Assembly: GCF_000196555.1 (NCBI RefSeq)
Contig: NC_015067.1
Span: 810,001-842,000, forward strand
DNA length: 32,000 nt
Source of the DNA: Bifidobacterium longum subsp. longum JCM 1217
GTDB lineage: Bacteria > Actinomycetota > Actinomycetes > Actinomycetales > Bifidobacteriaceae
Reading direction: 5' to 3'
The position numbers were made by a program, and so were the translations under genes. This document shows, in pieces, positions 7,929 through 16,820 of the stretch. Positions within the stretch are counted from its first letter, which is position 1, and every line of letters starts with the position of its first letter. The notes beneath the pieces are model-generated. The model did no database searches and was not told the DNA's origin. It saw only the letters and a list, made by a program, of their open reading frames with translations.

Positions 7929-9857
7929 TCACCTGCCGCTTGCGATCCATTGTTCGATGGCCTGTTTGACCGCCTTTGCATAGATATCGCTATCCATGCT
8001 CGGGTGGATGCCGTCGGAGCCGAGCACCTGCGCGTTCGCGTTGGCTGTGGCATCCCAATCCACCAGCACCACATTGTCCGGATGTGCGGCCGCATAGTCG
8101 GCAAGCACCTGGTTGGTAGGTGGAATCCACGTACGGTCTCCGTGGGCATTGACCAGTACCAGCACGCGGTCGGGGCCGATCATATTACGAATCTGGTCCA
8201 ACTGATCGGGGGTGATTGCCGAATTGGTGCCAAGGCCGATCAGCACCCACTGCCGCAGACTGCCGGCGGACAGATCATTGCCGATGAGTTCGGGGGCGAC
8301 CATGATGGAGCGGGAAACGCTCGCGTCGGTCTGAATGCCGGGGAAGACTTCCGAAAGGCCCTGTGATGAGGCCAGCATCACCGAATCGCCTATGGCGGTA
8401 ATCTGATCGCCGGTGGGCATCTCATGCTTGGGCTTGGGCGGTGCCGGCACGGCATGTCGCAGCAGCACGTGTTCGGTTTTCTGTATGCGTTCCAGTTGTG
8501 CGGCCTGTTGCTCCAGCTGGATCTGCATGGCGGTTTTCGCAGGTGCATGAGCAATGCCCTGCACGCAGCCGGCCAACGACAGCACCAGGATAACGTCAAC
8601 GGCAATAACCCGGGCCACATGATTCTTCTTGTTCGTGCGAAGGGGCACCACGACGGATACCGCCGAGTGCGTTGCCGCCGGTTTCTCCACCATCAGCCAG
8701 GAAATCATCACCGCAATGGCGGTGAGCAACGCGGTCATGATGAGAGGCCAAGGCCCTACTGCCTTGAAGATCTTCGGGGCAAGGGCGCTGGAAAGAATCC
8801 ACAACGGCCAGTGCCACAGGTAGATGCCGTACGAATACTTGCCGAGGGAGGCCAATGGCTTGAACACCATGAGGCTTTGCATCCAGGAATCGTCGGAGAT
8901 GGTACCGGCAATCAGCAGCACGGACAACAAGCTGGACAATATGATGCCACCGCGGAAGGCGAATGCATCCTGTTTGCCGATAACCGCCATGGTGACCAAG
9001 GCAATCAGGCTGAGGAACGCCAATACCGGTGCCGCCGCATTCCAGATGCGATGCTCCACGGGAATCTGAGGTAACGGAGCCCGATGTGCGGCTGCCGAAG
9101 CGCTCGAGCTAATGGTGCGGGGCATCGGCACAGCCCTCTGGCGAGCGTGGCCCAACTGAGGAGCGGTGACCCACCAGGCGAGAGCCACACCCAGCATCAG
9201 GCCCATGCTGTGGGTATCGGTGCCGAAGTAGACGCGGGTGGGGTCGCCTTTGGGCACATACATCACCCACATGGCGATACTGCTGAACGCCGCGAGTCCC
9301 AGTGGGATGAGTGAAGACAGTTTCGTCTGGCGGAGCTTCCACATCAGCCAGACGATGAACGGCACGATGACGTAGAACTGCATGAGCACGCCAATGAACC
9401 ACAGATGGCGAAACACCTGCGGGTTCATTTGGTCGAAATAGCTTTGGCCTCCGGCAATGGCGTACCAGTTGTAGCAGCCCAGCAGCACGGTGATGACTTG
9501 GTCGCGGATGGAAACTAGAATGTCGTGATCGAACAGCCAGCCGACGGAGACGATGACCGGAATCAGCAGAAACAGCGCCGGATAGAGACGTACTGCACGC
9601 TTGGGAATATATCGCACGAGATTCAGCGATCCGGTTTTCGCCAGAGAACGAATCAAACTGACGGCAATCAGGAATCCAGAGACGGTGAAGAACACGTCGA
9701 CTCCGTAGAATCCGCCTGGCAGCCGTTGCTGCATGCAGTGGTACAGCACAATGGCTATCAGCGCTAGTCCTTTAATACCGTCTAAACCCACGAACCGCTT
9801 CACGGATAATCCTTCTCTTTCCGTAGTGCTGATGGCATTCCCCGTTCTCTCCAACAA
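7929..9857 (-). CDS. membrane acyltransferase (acyltransferase-3 family) fused to a C-terminal SGNH/GDSL-like domain (OatA-like architecture)
   Basis: This is a 642-aa ORF. The N-terminal ~400 aa contain about 10 hydrophobic helices, beginning with LDGIKGLALIAIVLYH. The C-terminal soluble domain has an ITAIGDSVM (GDS) block. Confidence 0.8.
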   Translation of the reverse strand: MLERTGNAISTTEREGLSVKRFVGLDGIKGLALIAIVLYHCMQQRLPGGFYGVDVFFTVSGFLIAVSLIRSLAKTGSLNLVRYIPKRAVRLYPALFLLIPVIVSVGWLFDHDILVSIRDQVITVLLGCYNWYAIAGGQSYFDQMNPQVFRHLWFIGVLMQFYVIVPFIVWLMWKLRQTKLSSLIPLGLAAFSSIAMWVMYVPKGDPTRVYFGTDTHSMGLMLGVALAWWVTAPQLGHARQRAVPMPRTISSSASAAAHRAPLPQIPVEHRIWNAAAPVLAFLSLIALVTMAVIGKQDAFAFRGGIILSSLLSVLLIAGTISDDSWMQSLMVFKPLASLGKYSYGIYLWHWPLWILSSALAPKIFKAVGPWPLIMTALLTAIAVMISWLMVEKPAATHSAVSVVVPLRTNKKNHVARVIAVDVILVLSLAGCVQGIAHAPAKTAMQIQLEQQAAQLERIQKTEHVLLRHAVPAPPKPKHEMPTGDQITAIGDSVMLASSQGLSEVFPGIQTDASVSRSIMVAPELIGNDLSAGSLRQWVLIGLGTNSAITPDQLDQIRNMIGPDRVLVLVNAHGDRTWIPPTNQVLADYAAAHPDNVVLVDWDATANANAQVLGSDGIHPSMDSDIYAKAVKQAIEQWIASGR

Positions 9858-9906
9858 ACGGAAAACAAGCCCAGCATGGCCGAGGGGAGAGACAATGCGA
9901 CAGCAG

Positions 9907-9952
9907 CGAATCGTCAGGCCGCATGCTGCATGATTACCGGCTTGACGATTCG
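9907..9952 (-). other. long imperfect hairpin between the UPF0371 gene and the acyltransferase gene
   Basis: CGAATCGTCAGGCCG-N16-CGGCTTGACGATTCG has a 10-bp perfect outer stem. There is no U-tract. Confidence 0.4.
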
Positions 9953-9978
9953 CGGCATACCGCGCTTATCGGTGGCGC

Positions 9979-11472
9979 TTACCGGTGATACAGACTCACC
10001 CGTTCGTACTTCGGTTCGCAGCACACGTTGATGCCGAGTTTGCGATACAGCGCCTCGTCCGTGGATGAGATGATAACGGAGAAGAAGGCGTCGCAGCCCC
10101 GCAACTGTTTGAGCCCGTCGATGACGCGAGCGGCCACAGGACTGGTGGCGCTGGTGATTGACAATGCAATCAGCGTCTCATCCGAGTGCAAGCGTCGGTT
10201 CACGCTGTTGAGATGTTCGGTTTTCAGCCGACAGATGGGTTCGATGGCGGCATCGTCGATTACCGGAATGGTTTCGTCAACACCGGTGACGGCCTTGAGC
10301 GCGTGCATCAGCAGCGCGCTGGCCGCGCCCAACAGGTCGCCGGTTTTGCCGGTGACCACATGGCCATCGGGCAGCACCATGGCGCCAGCCGGGGCACCGG
10401 TGGCGGCCTCCTTCTCAAGAGCCACGGCGCGGGCGGGAGAAAGATCGGGGGTCACGCCGGCCCGGTTCATGATGGAGCGCAGCCGCTCCACCTGTTCCTC
10501 GCCAGTGCCGGTGCGCTTCAAGTGCACGGCGGCGGCGAAGTAGCGGCGCACGATTTCCAGACGCGCGGCATCGCGGCAGGCATCGTCGTCCACAATGGCG
10601 TATCCGGCCATGTTGACGCCCATATCGGTGGGGCTCTGATAGGGGCTTTCGCCCATGATGCGCTCCATCATGGCCTTGAGCACGGGGAATGCTTCGACGT
10701 CGCGGTTGTAGTTGACGGTGGTCTCGCCGTACGCCTCCAGATGGAAGGGGTCGATGATATTGGCATCGTCGAGGTCGACGGTGGCAGCCTCGTACGCGAT
10801 GTTCACGGGATGGTTCAGCGGAAGATTCCAGATGGGGAACGTCTCGTATTTGGCATAGCCGGCGTCGATGCCGCGCTGGTGCTCGTGGTACAGCTGAGAC
10901 AGGCACGTGGCGAGTTTGCCGGAGCCCGGGCCGGGCGCGGTGACCACGACGAGCGGTCGGCTGGTCTCGATGTACTCGTTCCTGCCGTAGCCGTCATCGG
11001 ACACGATGCGTTCGATGTCGTGCGGGTATCCGGCGATCGGGTAGTGCAGGCGGCAGGTGACGCCGAGTTGCTCGAGGCGGTGGCGGTAGGCGTCGGCGGC
11101 GGGCTGATTGGCGTATTGGGTGAGCACTACGGAGCCGACGAGGAAGCCGCGGGAACGGAACACGTCGATGAGTCGCAGCACGTCCTCGTCGTAGGGGATA
11201 CCGAGGTCGCCGCGGGTCTTGCCTTTTTCGATATGGTTGGCGTTGATGGCGATGACGATTTCCACATCGTCCACCAGACTTTCCAACATGCGGAACTTGG
11301 TGTCCGGCTCAAAGCCGGGCAGCACGCGCGAGGCGTGGTAGTCGTCGAAGAGCTTGCCTCCGAATTCCAGATAGAGTTTGCCGCCGAATTGCGCGATGCG
11401 CTTTCTGATGTTGGCGGCTTGCAGCTCGATGTATTTTTCGTTGTCGAATCCCTGGCGCATAGAGGTCGGCAT
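9979..11472 (-). CDS. UPF0371 / DUF1846 family protein (function unknown)
   Basis: The N-terminal signature GFDNEKYIELQAANIRKRI...GGKLYLEFGGKLFDDYHASRVLPGF matches the family as I recall it. The start is uncertain: ATG 11472 or ATG 11460. The track start at 11574 is probably an extension. Confidence 0.75.
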   Translation of the reverse strand: MPTSMRQGFDNEKYIELQAANIRKRIAQFGGKLYLEFGGKLFDDYHASRVLPGFEPDTKFRMLESLVDDVEIVIAINANHIEKGKTRGDLGIPYDEDVLRLIDVFRSRGFLVGSVVLTQYANQPAADAYRHRLEQLGVTCRLHYPIAGYPHDIERIVSDDGYGRNEYIETSRPLVVVTAPGPGSGKLATCLSQLYHEHQRGIDAGYAKYETFPIWNLPLNHPVNIAYEAATVDLDDANIIDPFHLEAYGETTVNYNRDVEAFPVLKAMMERIMGESPYQSPTDMGVNMAGYAIVDDDACRDAARLEIVRRYFAAAVHLKRTGTGEEQVERLRSIMNRAGVTPDLSPARAVALEKEAATGAPAGAMVLPDGHVVTGKTGDLLGAASALLMHALKAVTGVDETIPVIDDAAIEPICRLKTEHLNSVNRRLHSDETLIALSITSATSPVAARVIDGLKQLRGCDAFFSVIISSTDEALYRKLGINVCCEPKYERVSLYHR

Positions 11473-11706
11473 CCCTTTCCGAACGACGTCGTAAACGGAA
11501 AAATTATACCGGACGTCGTCGGCAACAAAAAATGGGATTCCCCGATGGGGAATCCCATTCGTCATAGAGAGCAATTACTCCCGAGGAATGTTGAACAGGG
11601 GTTTGCATGGCTCCCAAAAACGCGCTGGTTGAAACGTTGCCGACGACGCGTGCGCTCGAAGAGTATGCACGGGTGGCTTTGCGGTGATTTCCCAGACCGT
11701 TCGTTG

Positions 11707-12090
11707 CTAGGCGAGATATTTCTTTTTCCAGGCCTTCTTTCGGGCGTAAGCGTTTTCTGTCATGTCGGAGTAGTCGTAATCAACTTTGAACTTGCCGTTG
11801 GAATGGAGAATAAGCGTCATCGATCCCCATCTCTTTTCGGGCTTAAGCGCGGCCCTTTCAGGTTCAATGAACTTGTTGATAGCCATAAAGTTTTTCATCA
11901 AGGATGCCCTCGAAACGCCTTTTTGGTCAAAGCATTTAACGAAGTCGTCTTTTCCGCTGCCAGCAACGTAATACTCAATAGAGAACGCACCCTCGGCGTA
12001 CTCGGCGTAAAACACGACCTTGCTCCAGTCTTCGGGGAGGGTTTCCTCAAGAATTGAAGCTATCCCTTGTAGCATCTTCTTTTCACTCAT
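11707..12090 (-). CDS. DUF600 / YezG-EsaG-like immunity (antitoxin) protein
   Basis: This 127-aa ORF carries family hallmarks recognised by eye: LPEDWSKVVFYAEY...FSIEYYV near the N-terminus, GKFKVDYDY, and a C-terminal WKKKYL. Its start overlaps the upstream toxin stop (TAATG), and AAGGA lies 8 nt upstream. Confidence 0.7.
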   Translation of the reverse strand: MSEKKMLQGIASILEETLPEDWSKVVFYAEYAEGAFSIEYYVAGSGKDDFVKCFDQKGVSRASLMKNFMAINKFIEPERAALKPEKRWGSMTLILHSNGKFKVDYDYSDMTENAYARKKAWKKKYLA

Positions 12091-13367
12091 TACATTTCCT
12101 TTGCAGTGTTAAGAAGAAACGTAACCGTCTCTTCGCCGTCAATAATGTCCGTGATAGCAAACGAGCTAGGCCTGAATGACCCGCCCTCATAAAGTGGCTC
12201 AACCTTGAAAAACACTTCAGCGCCATCAGCCAAAGCATCGGCGCATTTTTGCTCGATTGCTGCATAGGCTTTTTGGTTAACCTCGCCGCCCATGGCGACA
12301 ATATTCTCAAGGCCATTTGATCCATTGAATCGGTCGGCAATCAGATGGCCTCTTTGATCAAAAAGCTCTTCAAACCCTTTTCCGATTGACTGGATAGTGT
12401 CCTTGATGGTCAAACGACCTTCGTGGGTCTTTAGTTGTAAGAAGCCTTCGGCCGATTCGACCCTACCCATTGCATCGGTAACGTATTTATACCCATTGAT
12501 CTCATAGCTCATGTTCGGAACGAGGTCGTCGCCAACGCGGTAAAGTTGCCCGAGATCGTCGGTTGCACACTTCACGCCGTCGATCGCAAACTCGTTATTG
12601 GGAAGCAGTCGGTCGCCTTCGTAAATTGCCTTTCCGGCATCATCCAGAATTCGTGAGCTTGCGCCCGATTCTGCTGCCTTTGAGGCAAGAAAGTTATTTA
12701 GACCTCGTCCGGCAAGAAGCGTTGCTGCCGTAACAGTTCCCGCAACGACTTCTCCGACGATATCCTCCTGAGATATCTCACCGTCTTCAGCGCCGGCTTC
12801 CAAGCTCTTTCCCATTTCGTCAAGAACGAGTACAGACCCAGCAGCGAGTGCTGCAGGGGCAGAAGCGGTGACGGCTACGGCACCAAGCGCAACTTCAGTG
12901 GCGATTTCGCCTCCAGTTTCGACATAGTCTCCGATTTCCCGTATCTGCTCATCGGCTTCCATGAAGTCGCCCCAGGCGTTGGCTGCATCGTCAACAGCGT
13001 GTGTTTGCGCGGTTTTCACCGCTGCTTCTTCGTCTTCGGCCAGTAGTTCAATATTCGATTCAACACCGACATATGCGTTTTCTCCAACGTCGGCAACTCC
13101 AAGTACGAACCTGCCGCCAAGATAAGCTCCGTTCCTTGCGCCATCGCGGACAGTTTCGCCTGCAGCGTTGAGTGTTGGCTCGCATGCTTTCCAGGCGTCA
13201 TCTGCGGCTTCTTGAACTGTTGAAATGCTCGCGGTTAGGACATCGCCGGAAGAAATATCCCGCCATGCGGCATCTGCACAATCAGCAACGGTGCGTTGCG
13301 CCTCCTCAAAGGCCAATCTCGTTTCGGTCGTATCCGGCATTAATTGCTCTATATTTTCAAACGCCAT
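12090..13367 (-). CDS. polymorphic-toxin-like protein with a C-terminal Endonuclease_NS_2 (YeeF/EsaD-type) nuclease domain; the N-terminal ~280 aa are unassigned
   Basis: This is a 425-aa ORF. Residues ~285-420 read EINGYKYVTDAMGRV...DQRGHLIADRFNGSNGLENIV...N...VEPLYEGGSFRP...IIDGEE...F.N, matching the D-x-GHLI / N / RP layout of PF13930-type toxins. It is followed by the DUF600-type gene. No signal peptide is present. Confidence 0.7.
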   Translation of the reverse strand: MAFENIEQLMPDTTETRLAFEEAQRTVADCADAAWRDISSGDVLTASISTVQEAADDAWKACEPTLNAAGETVRDGARNGAYLGGRFVLGVADVGENAYVGVESNIELLAEDEEAAVKTAQTHAVDDAANAWGDFMEADEQIREIGDYVETGGEIATEVALGAVAVTASAPAALAAGSVLVLDEMGKSLEAGAEDGEISQEDIVGEVVAGTVTAATLLAGRGLNNFLASKAAESGASSRILDDAGKAIYEGDRLLPNNEFAIDGVKCATDDLGQLYRVGDDLVPNMSYEINGYKYVTDAMGRVESAEGFLQLKTHEGRLTIKDTIQSIGKGFEELFDQRGHLIADRFNGSNGLENIVAMGGEVNQKAYAAIEQKCADALADGAEVFFKVEPLYEGGSFRPSSFAITDIIDGEETVTFLLNTAKEM

Positions 13368-14102
13368 TTAGATCACCGGCCTTGTTTGAGATAAGACCGC
13401 TGATACTTCGGCGAGTGCTGAGGCCTTTTCCGTTGTCTCGATGCCGGTACCCCTCTTTCTCAGCTCGTTGAGATGAGCGTTAAGCATCGACTGAATGAAC
13501 AGGTATTGGATTGGTCCCCAGCTTTCGGGTGAGGAGTCATCTTCGAATTTCCAGCTTGAAAGCAGATGGGAGCAAAGCCTCTCTTTGAGGCTGTCGGCAG
13601 ATAAATCCCTGGCGTCGTCGAGGATGCGTCCAATATTGAAATACCTATAAGCACACCATTCAAACAGTGGCTTCCTCGAGGACAGAGGAGTCCTTGCCAT
13701 CTCAATCAAGCGTGCCTTCATGGAGTCAGGTATGTCCATCTTGTGCACACAGTCGCAGAAGTTGTATTCCCTTGGCTCATCGAGCTTGAACGGATTAAGC
13801 ACACAAGAGTTGAGATAGCGAAGCTCTTCAGAAGAAGCCTTGTCCTTCGCGCTGTGCTTGCTCTGTGTCGGCGAGTACTCTAGGCCGCGTTCATGCGGTT
13901 CGATGTGACAGAGGACAGGTTCGATCCATTCGTTCTGATATATTGCTGCAACGCCTCGCTGAAGCTTTGCAAGCTCTTGGATTTGGCTCTCGTTAAGATT
14001 TGCCGCCTTGCCGATAAGCATCCTGTCGCCTTCGTCAGGCAGTTTCCAGGATAAGTCGATGCGATGATTCTGCCTCAAGCCCAGCGGGTTGTTAAGGCGC
14101 GG
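13368..14102 (-). pseudogene. 5'-truncated gene tail, possibly the C-terminus of an FtsK/HerA-superfamily P-loop NTPase; truncated at an IS66-type terminal repeat
   Basis: The frame is open from 14102 but has no proper start (TTG at 14078, ATG at residue 20). The segment LIGKAANLNESQIQELAKLQRGVAAIYQNEWIEPVL resembles the post-Walker-B end of HerA/FtsK-like ATPases; this is a weak call made by eye. Its stop TAA abuts the toxin ATG. Confidence 0.35.
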
Positions 14103-14118
14103 TCATTTTGGCGCTTAC
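14098..14118 (-). repeat. solo IS66-type terminal inverted repeat (tip GTAAGCG at 14118, reading leftwards)
   Basis: CGCGGTCATTTTGGCGCTTAC is the reverse complement of 15500..15520 with one mismatch. IS66-family ends characteristically start with GTAAGCG. Confidence 0.7.
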
Positions 14119-14171
14119 ATCTCACTTTTGCAGACGTAGAATACGAGTATTGGAATCAAAGGAGGGTTCTC

Positions 14172-15496
14172 ATGCCAAATATCGGTAAGGACGACCATCC
14201 GAAGCTGTGGTCGCTTATTTTCGTGCTTATCATCGCGCTGACCTTCTGTTGCTTCGTCATGGGCCAAGGACTCAACAGTGGAACCAGCGTCTTCCTGGCA
14301 GGCCAAGGTTACGGTGCGAGCCTTGCCGGCGTACTTGCCTCGTCTTCTCCATTGCCGCCGCGTTAGCACGACTGTTCGTCGGCCCTGTTATCGACAACGG
14401 CAAGTGCTCACTCGTTATCATCGCCGGCATCGCTATCCTCATAGCAGGAACAGCACTGTCCGCTGTCGTTCAAGGCATCCCCCTCTTCACAATCAGCCGT
14501 TTGCTGCAAGGCGTGGGCTTTGGCGCAGCAACAACAGCAGCCTCGACCGCCGCAGCAAGCGTCTTACCGCAAGAACGGCTCGGCGAAGGCATTGGATACC
14601 ACGGCCTCGGACAGGCTATCGCCATGAGCATCGGCCCAGCCTTCGCACTTTACCTAGTAGGAACCGATCCCTCAACGAACCTCTATGTCGGCCTTGCCCT
14701 GGTTGGGTTTGCAGGGCTTGTAATCGCCCTCAACGCACGCTATGAAAGTAAATGGCAAACTCTGCCAAGCTCCAGCGCATACCGAATCAAAATGGAAACC
14801 CGGCTCGAACTCGACTCAAAAGACGGGCAGGCACCCAGCCCCACCACAGTAACTACATCCGAAACAATTAACAGTGAAAAGTATCCTGAAGGCGACCAGG
14901 TGTCCAAGAGAACCCTGCGTGACTCATTCAACATCTTCGAGCCGCGCGCATTGCCTGGCGCCATCCCACAGATGATCATGTGCCCCACTTTTGGCTTTGG
15001 CGTCTTCTTTGCTGGTCTGTACGGTACTACTCTCGGCTATACCCACGCCGGTCTCTTCTACACCATCAGCGCGGTAAGCATGATTATCATTCGCATGATT
15101 TCAAAGCATTTCATGGACACCGTACCTGCAATCAAAACAATGACCGGAGCCGTCGCGTGCGGCATCCTCTGCTGCCTTATGCTACTTGCCGCACCGTACG
15201 GGGAACCTGTCTTCCTGGCGTCCGGAATCTTCTATGGTCTCGCCACTGGCATAAGCCTGCCACTTAATCAAAGCGTAGCGGTAAAGAACACCCCGCCAGA
15301 GCGCTGGGGCGCCGCAAACGCCCTGTTCCTGCTCGCCAATGACATCGGCATTGGCTTCGCAAGCGTAATCTGGGGCGTTATCAATGACTCATTCGGGTTC
15401 CAGACAAGCATCGTCTGCGTCATTGTCTGCCTTATCGCAAGCTACGCATCCGCCTGGATCGTCTACCCCGCCCGCGACAAGCGGTGGAGGCATTAG
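14172..15496 (+). pseudogene. MFS transporter gene with a -1 frameshift near 14340-14343
   Basis: ATG 14172 is preceded by AAAGGAGGG. Frame 0 encodes MPNIGKDDHPKLWSLIFVLIIALTF...GASLAGVLAS. The reading continues in the next frame as VFSIAAALARLFVGPVIDNGK... through 12-TM-like sequence to TAG 15496. One G appears to be missing at TCG-GTC. Confidence 0.8.
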
Positions 15497-15499
15497 AGC

Positions 15500-16820
15500 G
15501 TAAGCGTCAAAATGACCGCGTAGCAGGAAACGTCCAGGACCATTCCGGCATACGGATGGAAAAGTCCTGGACGTTTCCATCTTTGCGTTGCGGTATGCCT
15601 TAGGCCGCTATGTCGCTACAGGCCCTCCTCGGCGTTGTTCGCCATCTCGTCGTCGAACGCATCGGGGTCGATGTTAATTATGAAGTCGTCAGGCATCTCT
15701 TTGGCCTTCTCGGCAGCGGCTGGGTCGAGCTTGCAGGACTCAGGCACCCTATCCGACCACGGCAGGAACGAGTCCACAACCTCATCGGTGAGCTCGCCGG
15801 CGTTGGGCATCTCGGTCAGCAGCCACTCGACGTAAAGCCTGGGATTGAGCCCGTTGGCCTTGGCCGTGGTGGTGACGCTGTATATCGCCGCAGACGCCCG
15901 CGCGCCGCGCGGCGCATCGCTGAAGAGCCAGTTCTTGCGCCCTACGACGAAGATTCGCTGGGCCTGCTCGGCGACGTTGTTCGAGAGCTCCAGGTGCCCC
16001 GTCTTCGAGCACGTTCATGACGTAGGGCCAGAACTCCACAGCGTACTGCAGCGCACGGTGCGGCGCCAGCTTCGGCGAGGCTAGGGGAAGCTGGGCCCGC
16101 GCCCATCCCCCGAAGTCCTCCATGAGCGGGCGGAGCTCCGCGTCGCGGGCGGCCTTCCTGCCGCCCGGCTCCATGTCGTCGAACTTGGAGTCGACCTTGA
16201 ACATGGCGTCGATCCTGCGCCTTGCCTCGAGCGCAACGCTGGCCGCAGACGCCGCCTTGGCGTCGCCGCCGGCGATCTTCACGATTTGGGCGAAGTAGCG
16301 GCGCACGTGGACGAGGCACGCCGTGTTGGCGATGTTGGGGTTGCCGAGATTGAAGTAGGGTTTGTAGCCGTTGGCGGTAAGCGTGCCGGACCAGCCCGCA
16401 AGAAACTCCTGGGCAACGCCCTTCCTGCGGGTCTCGTGGTATTCGAATACATACACGGGCACGTTGCAGCGCGCCGAGCAGAACAGCCACATCCTCGATT
16501 TCTTCTTCGCCTCGCGGTTCGGCTCTTTCAGGACCTGAACCGTGGTCTCATCGGCATGAATCCTGACATGCGACAGCAGCTCGACCTTCATTCTCTCATG
16601 GACCTTCGCCAGCCAGCGCGCGTGCACGTTCATCATCCAGTTCGCCATTCCTGGCGCGATATCGTCGCGCCGCACGCCTTGAGGTCTGTCTCTATGCGGT
16701 AGAGCGGCAGCGACATGACGTACTTGCCGTTGACGATCCAGGCAAGCAGCGACGGCGTCGCAAACGAGCCTGGTATCGGCGGCTCAGGCTGCGGTGCTCG
16801 CACGATGACGCCCTTGCGTT
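15500..16820 (-). mobile_element. IS66-family insertion sequence remnant (one end plus a damaged tnpC; the tnpA/tnpB side is missing)
   Basis: The terminal repeat GTAAGCGTCAAAATGACCGCG lies at 15500-15520. A subterminal 15-bp perfect inverted repeat lies at 15526-15540 / 15564-15578. The transposase reading frames run on the minus strand, and homology stops abruptly at ~16820. Confidence 0.85.
15616..16820 (-). pseudogene. IS66 family transposase (TnpC), N-terminally truncated with two frameshifts
   Basis: Three frames together read ...KGVIVRAPQPEPPIPGSFATPSLLAWIVNGKYVMSLPLYRIE...ISRQ / GMANWMMNVHARWL...ADETTVQVL...MWLF...LEDG / HLELSNNVAEQAQRIFVVGRKNWLFSD...YVEWLLTEMPNAGEL.... The frameshifts are at ~16650 (GG run) and ~15998 (GGGG run). 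Confidence 0.85.

Noticed and set aside
12090-12500. Assigning the toxin N-terminus to an LXG or WXG100 domain
   Set aside because: Only the isolated tripeptides LGG (83-85) and AWG (131-133) are present. I cannot verify domain-level similarity by eye, so the N-terminus is left unassigned.
14064-14171. Upstream extension of the MFS reading frame (track start 14064)
   Set aside because: It crosses the IS66-type terminal repeat. ATG 14172, with a strong AAAGGAGGG RBS, is the natural start.
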